Shown: piece after piece, positions 27,623 to 42,284 of the stretch
Position numbering within the stretch: the first letter of the stretch is position 1
Layout: every line of letters begins with the position of its first letter
Origin: Octopus vulgaris
Taxonomy: Eukaryota
Reading direction: 5' to 3'
DNA length: 64,000 bases
Assembly: GCA_951406725.2 (NCBI GenBank)
Contig: OX597836.1
Coordinates: 32,426,001 to 32,490,000, forward strand
The notes under the pieces: model-generated
What the model was told of the DNA's origin: nothing
Databases searched by the model: none
Seen by the model: the letters and a program-made list of their open reading frames with translations, nothing else
Made by a program: the position numbers and the translations under genes

Positions 27623-30209
27623 TAATCACTATGTCTCACTTGAATGATTTTCTTCTTTTCTTTGAGTAATTAATTGAGGTAGTGAAGGCACTTGGCTTAG
27701 TTGTTAGGGGTATTTGTTTCATAATCATAAGGTCATGAGTTCAATTCCTAGCAGCATTTTGTGTAAGACACTTTATTTCATGGTGCTTCAGTTCACGAAG
27801 CTGGCAATAATGAGTAACACCTGTATTTCAAAGGGCCAGCCTTGTCACACTCTGTGTCATGCCAAATTTTCTCTGAGAACAATGTGAAGGGTACGTGTGT
27901 CTTGCACATTAATTTCTCATCCTGGCTGTTCCATTGATTGTATCAACTGGAACCCTCATCATTGTGACCAACAAAGTGCCAGTAATTGAAACACAGATAG
28001 ATAAAGAATGTCACAATCATATTCTTAATAAACATCTCTATAGCTTCACTGGGAAATTACACAGCACAGTAAGACGCAATGCTCTCAGCAAACAGAGAAA
28101 AAGACACAGGGTAAAATGTACTTATTAACTATTTTGTGACCATATCTTTAATGAAAAGCACTAATTATAGGTTTCAATTAATCCAGAAACAATCAAAACT
28201 TTGGAAGATTTTAGTAAAACAACTGACTTTTCCATTATTAAGTCATACAATTTATGAAAAATGATCTTTTATATAATTACAATCAAAGCTAACAATTTAA
28301 TTACAAACTCTTTAAAATTAATGACTTATAACCATTAATTTTTAAAGAGCTCATAATTTGCGTTGGTGGTCTCAGGTGGGTTGATATCAAAAGATTTAAA
28401 ATACAATGGTAAATTATTTTCCTGAACTGGCTCAGGTTAACTCAGACCACCTGCCAGCCATGTATCTCCTCCATTGCAAGACACCCATTTCTACCCTTTA
28501 ACCCCGCTCTTCTCAAAACTTGGTATAAAGCCATCCCCTCAGTACTACACCCCCTTTCTCAGTTAAGCGGGGTCTTCTCTTGTGAGTTACCTGGTGACCT
28601 CATTGGTTCCAGTGCCACGTAAAAAGTACCAAGTACACTTTATAAAGTGTTGGCATTAGGAAGGGCATCAAGTCATAAGAAACCATGCTATAGCAGATAT
28701 TGGAACTTGACACAGTCCTTTGGCTGGTTGGTTCTTGTCAAAATGCTTGACCCATGCCAGCATGGAAAACAGGCGTGAAGTAACGATAATGGTGAGGGAG
28801 AGGGTCTGTGTAAGTGAGTTGCTATACCAACAAGAAATAGCAGTCAAATTTTCCTCAAATTATACTTCAATGTCTTAAAAAAGGACTTGTCGGATTAAAC
28901 AGTCCTAGATTCTCTTCATATAGGAAAAAAGATAGGCTGATCACTTCTGGAGTACTTTTAGCAATAAGTCAACCGATGAGGGGGAGGGAGGAGATTGGCC
29001 TTGGGTTAAACAACAATAAAATCAACAAGTGCCATTAATATCTTCAAGTTCTGGTGATTATTTGAAGTGGAGTTGAAACAGCAAAATGTACTTCACTTTC
29101 CATGGTCACTTAATATAACTCTTTTAAGCTGACAATAATATAACACAATAAAGCAACTTCTACTGCTTTGACCCTTTCTTTTTACGCTGAAGATGTTCTG
29201 AAGAATCGATTTGCCGAATAGCTGATGTAAAACTCTCAGACAATTACTAAACCAGTTTATGGTCAAGCTGATTTCTAATTGGCGTGAGAATTGCAGCTGG
29301 AGAAATGTCTGTATAAACTTTGACTACAAAGAAATCTGTTCAGCAAATGGGGATAAGATAGGAGAAGGAAAAAAAAAATGTGAACAGAGAATAAGCGCGA
29401 AAAAAAAATCTTCAAAGAAAATATTTGATTTTCTTTTTGCTTCCATTTGTTACAAATCAGCACAATATGAGATGGCAGTTTTGCTGTTGTTGTTATTGTT
29501 GTTGTTGCTATTGTTTAGTTCCAGATAAAGCCTAAATAAGTAGAAGCAGATCTATGATCAAAGACAGTCCAGCTCTGACTATTATAACTTTTTGCAGGAT
29601 ACCTGAGACTGCATTATCTAAAATGTTTTCCCAGCCCTCTCAGCTAATTAACTCACTGTAATGTTTTCATTTTCCTGCAAACTTTTATGGATTGATGTAG
29701 TCATGGGAAAACTGTGGTCTGTAGGCCACATGCAGTCAGCAGGCATTTCTGAATGGAGCACCAACAAAAAAATTGCTTAGAATTTGTCTTTTTAGTAGTG
29801 CAGTCTGCCTCATTATGAGCCATGTCTCACAGTGCCTACTTTTCAAAAAACATTATGAAGATAGGTTTCAGTGCAATGCAATACACCAGTGATCAGTGTT
29901 TTGGTTTCACTTTCAGTTTTAAAGGTACAGCAAATAGAGTCTTAGCTTTTGTTCTTTTCAGTCGCTTGTTTCAGTTTCTTCCAATATATTCATGTCCTGG
30001 AGGGCTAATTGTACTACTTGACATGTGAGGAAATTTAATTTGCTTCTGTCTTTTTATAAACAGAGGTATCTAATTTTTCTTTTCACCTTCTCCTGGATTA
30101 TCTCTTGTGCTAGAGAAATGCTGTTGAGTCTCACAAAATTCTTCCATCTACACTTTTTTTTCTCGTACCTATGAAAGAGCCAAAAATATTCTCTGTTCAT
30201 TTAATATTA

Positions 30210-31000
30210 GTTCAAAATTTTGGTTCAAAGCCAAAAACGTTGGAGGAGGTGAGCAAGATGATGGCATCCATTCCAGTACTTAACCGGTGGTTATTTTACC
30301 GACCCTGAAAGGATGAAAGGCTAAGTCGACCTCAGTGAAATTGGAACTCAGAACATAAAGATGGATGAAATGCTCCTAAGCTTTTGCCCAGAGTGCTAAT
30401 GATTCTGACAGCTTACCACCTTTCTCTTCATTCAATATTAGTTTCAAATTTTAGCACAAGGCCAGCAGTTTTGTAGGAGGGATTCAGTTCATTAAATTGA
30501 CCCCAGTGCTCAAAAGATATGTATATTAACAACCTTGAAAGGATGAAAGGCAAAAATCGACCTGGTGAAATTTGAACTCAGAACATACGGATGGATGAAA
30601 TGCCATTAAGCATTCTACCTGGCTGTCTTTACATTCTGAGTTCAAATTCTGCCGAGGTTGACGTTGCCTGTCATGCTTTCGGGCTTGATAAATTAAGTAT
30701 CAGTTGTGCTGTGGTCGATCTAATCGACTGGCCCCCTCCCCAAACATTTTGGACATTGTGCCTAAAGTAGAAAAGAATATTAAAAAAGAAGGCAGTGAGC
30801 TGGCAGAATTTTTAACATACTGGGCAAAATGCTCAGCGAAATTTCATCTGTCATTATGATACGAGTTCAAATTCCACAAGGTTCGACTTGACCTTTCATC
30901 CCTTCAGGGTCGATAAAACAAGTACCAGCTGAACACTGGGGTCAATTTGATTGACTTGTCCTCCTCCCCTGAAATTGCTAGCCTTGTGACAAAATATGAA
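30210..31000. mobile_element. Four family B SINEs: two on minus followed by two on plus
   Basis: GAAAGGATGAAAGGC at about 30307 and 30537, versus GCCTGTCATGCTTTC and ACCTTTCATCCCTTC at about 30666 and 30891. Confidence 0.85.
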
Positions 31001-31519
31001 AGCGATTTTGAAAAAGAAGTTTCATATTAACAAGGTTGCTCTTGGAATAGCTTCTGTATTTGGAATCATGTAAGAGTTGCTGCTGCTGTTATTGTTGTTA
31101 TTGTGTTGTCATTGTGTTACTTTTGTTGTTGTATTGTTGTTATTGTTGTTGTTGTTGTTGTTATAGCCACTGTCTTCCAAATGACTCCTTTGAGTGTTTG
31201 GGGCATTTTCTTTTAGTAGTTTCTTCCTCACTGAAGTCTCCCTAAGTGAGAGGTAAAACAAGACTAGACTATCAAAGAGAAATCAACCATTAGATAAAAC
31301 CTATGCCATAAACTCCATTTTTCATTTACTTTGATTTCTATTCTAAATCCCTTTGGGTTTTCTGTTTGATTGAAACTCAAGTTTCCGTGCAAGAAATTCT
31401 TCAGCATACAACTTCAGACTGTCCACCAAATCATTGAGTGCTTCTTGTGATAAACACCTGGATTGTCTAACTCTCTTTGTTTATTTTGCTTATACACAGG
31501 CATACATACATATATATGG

Positions 31520-31558
<39 letters not shown>

Positions 31559-31591
31559 CATATACATGCACACATATATATGTATGCGTGC

Positions 31592-31639
<48 letters not shown>

Positions 31640-31677
31640 TATCAATATTATTTGGCTTTTTAATTGTATTGGGTTTG

Positions 31678-31719
<42 letters not shown>

Positions 31720-32436
31720 GTTGTTGTTGTTGTTGTTGTTGCTGTTGAAATATTATTATTTCTATATATAGTATCTTGATAGTAATTAGTTATGATATCT
31801 ATTTATTTAGTAAGGGATTTAACGTATTACATATAATTTAATTTGAGAATTTGTTTTGATAGACAATACATTATTTAATAATTAGGTGGTATATTTATTA
31901 TGTAGCATTACATTTAAGTAAATTAGTTTTATATTAATTGGTCAACTATATTATTGAGTGAAATATTAAATCTATAGATACTACATATATATTAATAATA
32001 TAGTTAGTTTATATAATGGGTGTGTGTATATTTGAACTATTTCCTATTTTTGATTCCAGTATTTATGGCTTGTACTAGCATTGTGTACATTACTTAACAT
32101 ATATGTGTGTGTGTGTGTGTGTGTATACAAATATATGTATGTGAAGGCGTGTGGCTTAGTGGTTAGGGTGTCAGCATCATGATCGCAAGATTGTGGTTTT
32201 GATTCCTAGACTGGGTGACGCATTGTGTTCTTGTTGCTCCAGTCCACTCAACTGGCAAAAATGAGTAATGCTGCGATGAACTGGTAGCCTGTCCAGCTGG
32301 GTAACACATATGCCATTGAAACTGGGAAACAAGGCCCATGAGCCGGGCTAGGTTTAAAAGGGTGTATTTATTATTTTATTTATATATATATATATGTGTA
32401 TATATATGTATATATATATTTATATATATATATGTT

Positions 32437-32492
<56 letters not shown>

Positions 32493-32695
32493 TGAGTTTG
32501 CAGGGGTATATTATCTGGGTGGATATTGTATTGACTCTCACTTAAGTTCCAGTTAACAGCTAATCACAGTGATCAGTAGTTGCTGCCCTGGAAACACGTG
32601 TAGGTCATTATAACTTGTATATAGCTATAAAATGAATTTTGTATATGTAAAAGTCTCTGTACTCTTTATTCTTATTAATATTAATACACACACAT

Positions 32696-32728
<33 letters not shown>

Positions 32729-32843
32729 TACATATACATACATACATGCATGCGTATGTGTGTGTATATATCTCTAAATCGTAGCCCCTGCTTTGACATT
32801 ACTTTCCATTCCATTCATATATTCCTTCATCTTATTATTGTAG

Positions 32844-32932
32844 ATATTCGAATGGCCAGTGGCTCGACCAATTGAAAGTGAGGAGTGCTTGGATATACAT
32901 ATATTTAATTATAGCAAATACTTGAACAACAG
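32844..32932 (+). CDS. OTOF: Otoferlin-like ferlin, exon 3 equivalent (C2A domain)
   Basis: Flanked by ttgtAG and GTaagt; 89 nt, phase 0 to 2. Encodes IFEWPVARPIESEECLDIHIFNYSKYLNN(R), compared with recalled human [30 protein letters not shown]. Confidence 0.94.
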
Positions 32933-33080
32933 GTAAGTTATATTCGATATTCTGTTTCTTCTTCATCATCATCAACAACAACATCATTATCATCACCATC
33001 TAATGGTTCCCTTTCCATGTTGGCATGGGTTGGACAGTTTGACAGGAGCTGGCAAACCAGGAGACTGCACCAGATTCTAC

Positions 33081-33490
33081 TCTCTTTACTCTTTTACTTG
33101 TTTCAGTCATTTGACTGTGGCCATGCTGAAGCACCGCCTTTAATCGAGCAACTCGACCCCGGGACTTATTCTTTTGTAAGCTCAGTACTTATTCTATCAG
33201 TCTCTTTTGCTGAACCGTTAAGTGACGGGGACATAAACACACCAGCATCGGTTGTCAAGCAATGCTAGGGGACAAACACAGACACACAAACACACACACG
33301 CATATATACATATATATACATATATACGACGAGCTTCTTTCAGTTTCCGTCTACCAAATCCACTCACAAGGCTTTGGTCGGCCCGAGGCTATAGTAGAAG
33401 ACACTTACCCAAGGTGCCACGCAGTGGGACTGAACCCGGAACCATGTGGTTGGTAGACAAGCTACTTACCACACAGCCACTCCTGCGCCT
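33081..33490 (-). mobile_element. SINE family A copy, CpG-rich (young), nested in a family D repeat
   Basis: Full-length reverse complement. The host repeat resumes at 33491 (ACTGTCTGCTTTGGC). Confidence 0.9.
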
Positions 33491-34310
33491 ACTGTCTGCT
33501 TTGGCAAAGTTTCTACGGCTGAATGCTCTTCTGATGCCAACCTTCACCTGTTTCCAAGTAAAGTAATATCCCTTCATATCCAGGTATATTTTTCACAGAA
33601 TATTGAAAATGAATGGCACTGCTTGTTTCAGTCATTTGGCTGCGGCCATGCTAGGGCACCGCCTTGAAGGGTTTTAGTCAAACTAATTGACCGCAGGGCT
33701 TATATTTTAAGCCTAATAATTATTCTATTGGTATCTTTTGTCTGACTGCTAAGTTACAGGGATGTAAATACATCAGCGCCTGTCATCAAGCAGTGGTGGG
33801 AGACAAACACAACGATACTCGCACATAGATACATACGTGTGTTCGTGTGTGTACACAACAGGGGCTTCTTTTAGTTCTTGTCTACAAAATCCACTCACAA
33901 GGCTTTCTTGCTCAAGGTGCCATGCAGTGGAACTGAACCCGGAAACATGCGACTGGGAAGCAAGCTTCTTACCACACAGCCACAATTGTGCATATACAGT
34001 CTTCTCTCAGTTTCCTTCTACAAAATTGTTTAGGGATCTACCAATTCTTTCATCTACAACACTTGGTGCCTCACTGTTAAAACAGATGATGTTAGCTTCT
34101 TCGTTGAGTCTGGTGGTGGTGATAACGGTGGCAGCGGCAGCAGCAGCAATGGTAATAGTGATGGTAATGATGGTGGCGATAGTGTTACAGGTGATGGTGG
34201 CACCGATTGTGGTGGTGGTGGTGGTAGTGGTGGTGGTGGTGCTGATGATGGTGATAGTGAAGGAAATATTTGTTGCGAAAACCTACAGTTACTCATTTTG
34301 AGCACACACA

Positions 34311-34345
<35 letters not shown>

Positions 34346-35144
34346 ACAAGCTGATAAGCGGATATGCATATTTAGACAAACATACATGTCTGTATACACA
34401 TACATATGCATAAATAAATGTAAACTCATACACATACACACACACACATGCAAACACACACATACAAACACATTGAAGCATTCACACATATTGACATACA
34501 TGCAAACACATGCACATTCACACACACATATACACATGCTTGTATGTGTGTGTGTATATATATATGTGTGTGTGTGTGTGCGTATATATATTTATATATA
34601 TATATATATATACATACACACACATATACACAGAAATAGGAACACACGCACACACACGCACACATTTACACAGAGTGGTAGCATATTGATCTCTTCGAAA
34701 ATCAAATTTTTGAAAAATCAGAGTAAATTTTTTTTACAATTTCTTTTTTTTTTTTTTACATACATTAAAAATAATTTTTTTTTTTATTTCGTTTTAAAAC
34801 TATTTTGCTAGAGACAACTTTATATAACCACTGAAGCGTAACAATCAATCATGCGGAGAGAGAGAGATGTGATATAGATTGAGTCCTTCTTCCGCTTGTT
34901 ATCATAACCAGCATACCACCCACCATCAGAAACAAGGGAGCCCCAAGCTGGTCTAATGACATGCTAGAAACAGCAGCCAAAGTTTCTTAACTTACAATAA
35001 AGAAAAGGATGCGTTAAATAATGAGGGCCTGATTTGCCCACACATATGTTAAAGGAGAAAAACAAATGGGATGGTCGCAGCTGGAATGCCTTTGGCCATG
35101 TGTTTGCTTGATTAGTGTTGGCATGGGGGTTCAGTAATATCAAT

Positions 35145-36220
35145 CTGCTTACATCCCTGTTACCTACTCATGTTATAACTATCTAGCTGCCTATCTGCCT
35201 ATTAACCAACCTATCTACCTACCTACATTCATATCCACCTACCCACCTACCTACCCACCTACCTACCCACCCACTTACCTAATTCATACCCTCTCACCCA
35301 CTCACCTACCTACCTACCTAATGACTTTGCTAACTATCTGCCTAGCTATTGTTTTTTTTCCTACATACCTAATTGCCCACCTTATACATACATAGCTTGA
35401 TAATCTCTTACCTAGTTACTTGTTTACCTACCTATCTATCTACCTACATTCATACCCACTTACCTACCTATGTTCATGCCCACCTACCTATATGCATATC
35501 TACCAACCTACCTACATACTGACATGTCTACCTTCCTACATTCATACCTACCTACCTACCTACTTACCTACCTGACTTTCTACCTAGTTACCTCCCCCCC
35601 CCCCCGTAATTACCTACCCATGACATACATACTTTGTTAACTACTTACCTAGCTACTTGTCTACTTACCTGCCAACCTACCTACCTACCTTTCAGTCTAC
35701 CTACCACCTACCTACCTTCGTACACACCTACCTATCAAATTAACCACCTGCCTAGCTACCTGCCTTCTTACTGATGAACCTATTAATCTTATACATACAT
35801 AACTTAATAATTACCTAGCTAACTATTTGTCAGCATATGTAACCACCTATTTTCCTACCTACTTACCTATATAACTTACCTACATATCTATCTACCTACT
35901 AACCTGACTATTTTGCTGACTTCACATGCATATTGAAATACCTGCATACCTGCCTCATATACACTTACTACATTAACTACCAAAGTTACTACTGACTTTC
36001 CTACATACATACATACATACCTGCTTTCCTACCTACCTACCTACGTAACCACTTTAATATCTTCCTGCCTTCCTACTTACTTTTTTACCCCTGTATCTAC
36101 CTACCTGCCTACCTCATTAAACACCTTCCTATGTACTTGCCTCCATACTTTACCTCTGTACCTACCTACACATCTTATACATACCTACTGAACTACCTCT
36201 GCCTAGTTACTCACATAACT
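35145..36220. repeat. Degenerate (CTAC)n tract of about 1 kb
   Basis: Directly visible. Confidence 0.85.
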
Positions 36221-37003
36221 AATTTTCTACACACACACACGCACATACAATATATACACAAATACACATACATCACACACACACACATACATACATACAT
36301 GCATCACATACAAATATATACACATACATATATACATATACAAAAGCATCGTTCATACCTGAGCATCACTCACACACACACACACACATGCATTACACAC
36401 ACACATACACATATATACTCACACACCATGTCCTATTTTACCACCTCCCACACATCCAACGTCATAATCATACACAAATGAACTTCTACATTGTTTCTCA
36501 ATTTGCTAGAAATAGCAGCTAAGTTTCTCTCTATAAAAAAAAAATCATACCCTGCTGTCTTAAAAACTAGGACATATAGTATCTAGGGTATCTTGGATGA
36601 TGTAGTCCCAGATACACATTGCCATCATAAAATGATGACAGGATTATCAGGGCTTTACTTGCTTTCCTTTGTAGGTTGACTCTTGATCAGGGATGACCTA
36701 TGCTAATCAAACACAATAACAACAAGCTCACTACATCACAAGTTCCAGCCTCCACCATCAATAATATCTCCCAATACTACTACTACTAATACAAGTGCTG
36801 CCACCACCACCACTGCCATTGCCACCTCTGTCTCTGCCACCACCAGCTCATCTTCCAGCAACATACACGCATCCATCACCCTTGCCAACATCACCATTAC
36901 CATCTCCACAGCCTACACTCCTCTGTTCCTAACATACATTCTGTCTGATGCTATCTGATTGTCAATCAACACTAATGCATCTGCTAGATCTTTAATACAC
37001 ATG

Positions 37004-37052
<49 letters not shown>

Positions 37053-37296
37053 GCATATACACACATATACATATGTACATACATGTATATCTATTTATAT
37101 CTATTTATATAAATGTATGCATATATGCATATATTTAGGTATATCTATGTGTATACACACATTTATATATGTACATACATATGTATACAACTATATATGG
37201 ACTCATGTATATATGTATATCTGTGTATATATATGTGTGTGTGTATGTTTATGTATGCATATATATACGTGTGTGTGTATGTGTGTGTGTGCGTGC

Positions 37297-37329
<33 letters not shown>

Positions 37330-37860
37330 TGTGTGTGTAGATACATAATCATCAATAGATGTCAATTGACACACAATATTGATCTCTCATCATTACTAGT
37401 ACATGACTTTCAGTCTCACTCAGTGTGTGTGTGTGTAATTGTTTGTCTTTGTATCCTAGCATACATGTATATGTGTATGCATGCATATGTTTGTGTATGT
37501 AGTGTTAAAGGTATTTTTATATGCATAGCATTAACTGAATCAAGAATTCATTACAAGTGTTGAGTCTCTAATATCCGTAATAAGTTAACTAATAGGGACT
37601 TTGAAGTCCCACATAGAGTATGGCTTATTCAAACTGGCAAAACTTGAGAGTCATTGTCAAGAAAAATATATATGTATTTGTTCCTGCAACTTAGTGGTTC
37701 GGCAAAAGAGACTGACAGAATAAGTACTGGGTTTATAAGATGAATACTGGGTCAATCTTTTGATTAAAATCCCTTCAAGATGGTACCCCAGGATGGCTGC
37801 AGTCCAATGACTGAAACCAGTACAAATGAAAAAAATAATAAAATAACTAAATAAGTATAT

Positions 37861-38055
37861 ATCATCATCATCATCATTTAATGTCTGTTTTCCATGCTGG
37901 CATGGGTTGGACGGTTTGACAGGAGCTGGTAAAGCTAGGATTCATACCATGCTCCGGTTGTCTGTTTTGGCATAGTTTCTGCAGCTTGATGCCCTTCCTA
38001 ATGCCAACCACTTTATAGAGTGGACTGGGTATCCTTTCCGTGTCACCAGCACCAG
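37861..38055 (-). mobile_element. Repeat family D, retroposon 3' end with (GAT)n tail
   Basis: CATCATTTAATGTC..TTCCATGCTGGCATGGGTTGGAC..GATGCCCTTCCTAATGCCAACCAC. Related copies near 17280, 22125, 28570, 33000, 43168, 45660, 46470 and 62360. Confidence 0.75.
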
Positions 38056-39399
38056 TGTTCTTATATATAGAAATACATTATTCTTTAGCAAGAATAGTAT
38101 GGACAGTGACTTTGAAGTTTTGGCCAGCTAAACCATCTGATATATATATATATATAAATGGAAAGAGGATGTTAAACGATGATGATGGTGATGATGATGA
38201 TGATACACATGCACACACATACACACACAAATAAACATACATACACACTTCGAAGTTTTGGGCCAGCTAAGTTATCTGATATATAAACCAGGGCTGGTTT
38301 CCTGGTTTCATGGCGTATATATTCCCCATCTGGACGGGATGCCAGTCCATTGCAGGATTACTCATTTTTGCCAGCTGAGTGAACTGGAGCAATGTGAAAT
38401 GAAGTGTTTTGCTCAAGAACACAACACATTACCCAGTCCAGGAATTGAAACCACAATCTTGCAATCATGAATACAACACCCTAACCATTAAGCCACACAC
38501 CTCCACCATTATAGAAGAGGATCAATATAAGTGGAAATTCTATTAAGAAGCATAACACTTGTAGATTTTTTGAGGCTGGAGGAGAGAGTGTAATTCCTTT
38601 GTAGTTCTGTGGCAGATAAAGATCATTTTCTTTTGAAGTGGAATGACTGAAGATTTTGAGATGACTGTTGGTTTGTCTCCTTAATAGGTTTCCTAACAGA
38701 AATCCAACAAATGTTTGTGGAAATAAAAACCCTCTCTAAGATAATGACTTGGACATTGCCTGGGACTCATGCTTTGATGTTTATTAGCCATTTTAAACAT
38801 TTAAAACTTCTTTTTGGATAAAGAAGATAGTCTTGATTTGCTACAATCAATTTAACTCTTGCACCAAACTTTTTCTTGATTTCTAAAGATTTTTGAAGTT
38901 ATTATAGTTTTCCAATATATGTTGTCTGTCATTGCTATTTAGTTCTTGGCCATCTCTAATCAAGTTGACCTAAGATCAAAGACATTCTAGTCATGACCAT
39001 CCCAACTTTTTTAGGGTTATCTTTTATCTTTTACTTTTAACTTATTTTAGTTATTGGAATGTGGCCCTGCTGGGGCACCAACTTGACGAATTTTAGATGC
39101 ATGAATTGGCCCTGATATTTATATTATTTTAGTACTTATTCTGTTGCTTTCTAATGCTGAGCTACTAAGTTAGGGAGATGTAAACAAACCAACACTGGCT
39201 GCCAAGTGGTGGTGGGCGACAAACACTAAGACACACACACACAGGTATACGCACAAAGACACATGTACACATACAAACACATAAAACACATGCACATATA
39301 TACATACACACACATAAATGTGTGTGTATGTATGTGTACATGTGTGTGTATAGACAAAAAGTTTTTTGTCTATAAAAGATTATATAAAATATAATCATT

Positions 39400-39433
39400 G
39401 GACAGTTTCACAAATTTGTGTGTCATCTTTGCA
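39400..39433 (-). pseudogene. Short U6 3' fragment
   Basis: Reverse complement TGCAAAGATGACACACAAATTTGTGAAACTGTCC resembles U6 CGCAAGGATGACACGCAAATTCGTGAAGCGTTCC. Confidence 0.55.
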
Positions 39434-39799
39434 TATTATCTAGGACTATGTTGTCTCATGTGTCAGCTTCTTTTCAATGTGGTAGGATATAACTTGAGGA
39501 GGATTTGACTTCTCTTTCTACCAAGTGGAGCAACTATGAAATGATTTATGCTAACATCATTTTAATAGTGTGTGTGTGTGTGTGTGTGCAAAATCAATTT
39601 TGGTGATTGTTCAATCTTGGTGGTTAAAGGATTCTTTAATTATATCATATTAACCCTTTGGAAACAGAGCCTCATTTGGAGTTTCATTACCTCATTACCA
39701 AGAAGATGAAGCCCTTTTCACAAACCCCACCGTGAGCATGCACTTCTTGTATAAGTTTTTATTGAATATGGTTCTTTTCCATACCAAAACTACTTGGTA

Positions 39800-40171
39800 C
39801 CAGAGCAAGAGAACAGAGGCGGGTGGGAGGAAGTAGGTGTGAGAGGAAGAGGGGAGAGAAGAGAAGGGTTAGATGAAGAGGGGAGGAGAGTTGAGCCCAT
39901 GTGGCACAAAGGAGCGAAGAGTGAAGATTAATCCCTGCTCATGGCGAAGACAGGAGTTCAGATGGCCCCTGTGCAAGGACAATCCAAACACAGGCAGGTG
40001 TTGTAAAGAGTAACCGGTAGAGCGGAAATGGTGTTAGACTGAGGTGTCATTGCTGAGACGGATGTCTTGGAGGTCCACGAACTGGTCAGACAAGCGGCGT
40101 CCCATTTGACCGATGTATAGAGAAGGACAGAGAGAGCAGGAGATGCAGTAGATGATGTTGCTAGAAGTGCA
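39800..40171 (-). mobile_element. Penelope-like element, GIY-YIG endonuclease fragment (decayed)
   Basis: Minus strand CTSSNIIYCISCSLCPSLYIGQMGRRLSDQF..LQDIR matches the PLE (V/I)IY-CxxC-YIG..GR.L..RF..H motif; frameshifted. Confidence 0.82.
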
Positions 40172-40182
40172 ATACATACATG

Positions 40183-40224
<42 letters not shown>

Positions 40225-40689
40225 CAGGGATTGCAATAAGTCACATTATCCATTTGTGCTTATTATTATTAAAACTGGGTAAAGCAACTTATGGCCATCC
40301 CTGTATATAAACACACACACACACACAGACATATATATATATATATATATGCAAAAATAATACTCGAGGGTGATTTTCTGGATCTTCCTAGCACTAATCT
40401 CTCAACAACCAACAAGTTACCCACTGTGTGGCCTCTCAGCATGTTAGAAATAACAGACAAAGCTTCATCAACTGACACCGTATTGTATTAAAAAGGAAAA
40501 TGACACATTGGAAAATATAGTTCTAGATCAATGTTTCACAAGCTTGTATTAGTCTGGCTCTTCTGTTGATGACAAGTCAAATTGATCAGCATGATGCTTC
40601 TGTGAATGTGTTATATAGATAGGTATTTAAAAGCAGGTGGAATTTATTTACAATTCCCAGCATATAAACTGTTCTCTTGCAACTATGAC

Positions 40690-41295
40690 TAGAAAGGAAG
40701 TAAAGAAAGAAGGAAGGAGGGAAAGAATGGATGAAAGAAAGAAAGTAAAAAGGGAAAGAAAGAATGAAAGAAAAAAGGAAGAAGGGAAAAATAGAATGAA
40801 AGAAAGATAGAATGAAAGCAAGAAGAAAAGTAAGAATGGAAGAGAAATGAAAGAAAGCAAGCAAGAAAGAAAGGAATGAAAGAATGAAAAAAGAAAGCAA
40901 GAAAGAAAGAAAGGAATGAAAGAATGAAAAAAGAAAGAAAATAGATTGAATGAAAGCTAGTAAGAATGAAAGAATGAAGCCAAGAAGAAAAGGGGGTAAG
41001 AAAGAAAAAGAGAGAGTGAAAGAAGGAAAGAGAGATGGAAGAAAGGAATGAAAGAATGAAAAAAAGAAAGAAAAATAGATAGAATGAAAGATAGGAAGAA
41101 TGAAAGAATGAAAGCAAGAAGAAAAGAAGGGAAGAAAGAAAAAGAGAGAAGGAAAGAAGGAAAGAAAGAATCAAAGAAAAAAGAGAGAGAGCAAAGGAGA
41201 AAAAGAATGAAAAAAAGTAAGAAAGAAGTACAGAACAAAATAATAAAGAAGAGAAAGAATAAAGGAAAAAGCAGAAGCAATAAAGAAGTAAAAAC
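40690..41295. repeat. (GAAA/GAAT)n purine tract
   Basis: Directly visible. Confidence 0.9.
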
Positions 41296-42239
41296 AGGGC
41301 CACCGTGAGCTGGAATGAAATATCAGCGAACAAATGCCTGTCTGCTCTATCACGGCTGACCTGGGGCTAATGCAAGAACATATGTTGTTTATTACTCAAA
41401 TCATGAAATAAGACCTGTGCACTATTATAAAGTAAGGCATGAGATAATGTGAAGGAAATATTTCTGTCTTGCAATGCATCCATGCAGTTCTTAGATCATA
41501 TAACAAATAACTGGTACAATACAATAGCTTTACTGCCTCGCCCATCCCTGCTTTCATACGCTACCTGTTGAAATGGATCGACTCCCACATGAGACATATA
41601 TATTGCCAGCAGCCACACTGTTTCAATTAAGTTTCTTATATCAAAATCTGCAGCGTCAGAATACCAGGAATGATACTATTGACATATAAACCAGGCTTAC
41701 TTTGTGTGGAGAAGATGTTTTGTAGACGTGGAACACTGTCTAGGAACATACATATAAGTGTGTGTGTGTGTTTGTGTGGGTGGGTGTGCATGTATGTATG
41801 TGTGCTTGAGTATTTGTGAGTGCTTAGTTTAAGTATACACACACATACATATACATATATATATATGTATATATGTATATATATATATATATATATAAAG
41901 ATAAATTAAATATAGAGATATGCTATTTATATAGCAAAAATTGAATTATACCAATATTTATATGGTATCCAACTGACGTACTAGTGAATTGGATGTTTGA
42001 CACGCTCCTTTGAAGCATATCTTTTCCTCACTTTGTTACTTTATATATATATATATATATATACGTTTAAATATTTGTTGTGCAAGATTTTTTATGTGAA
42101 GTCGTGTGTTGAAACAGATATTGTTATATTTCGGAATGGTCATATTGCCAGTTTAGCCAATAAAAACACACGCACTATATATTTGGTGTTATTTTGCTTC
42201 AGTGATATTTATTTTTTACATTAATCTTAATCTTATTTC

Positions 42240-42284
42240 GGCCAGAGTTCTTTCGTCACACTCCTGTGACCGCATCAGTGGTCC
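42240..42284 (-). ncRNA. Minimal type-I hammerhead-ribozyme-like motif in a (TA)n-adjacent repeat (42063-42340)
   Basis: Minus strand GGACCA-CTGATGC-G-GTCAC-AGGAGT-GTGAC-GAAA-GAAC-TC-TGGCC gives stems I and II and a 2-bp stem III. The core differs from consensus at A9. Confidence 0.55.

Noticed and set aside
33252-33566. Recurrent peptides such as RASFSFRLPNPLTRLWSARGYSRRHLPKVPRSGTEP
   Set aside because: These are antisense translations of SINE family A, not a gene family.
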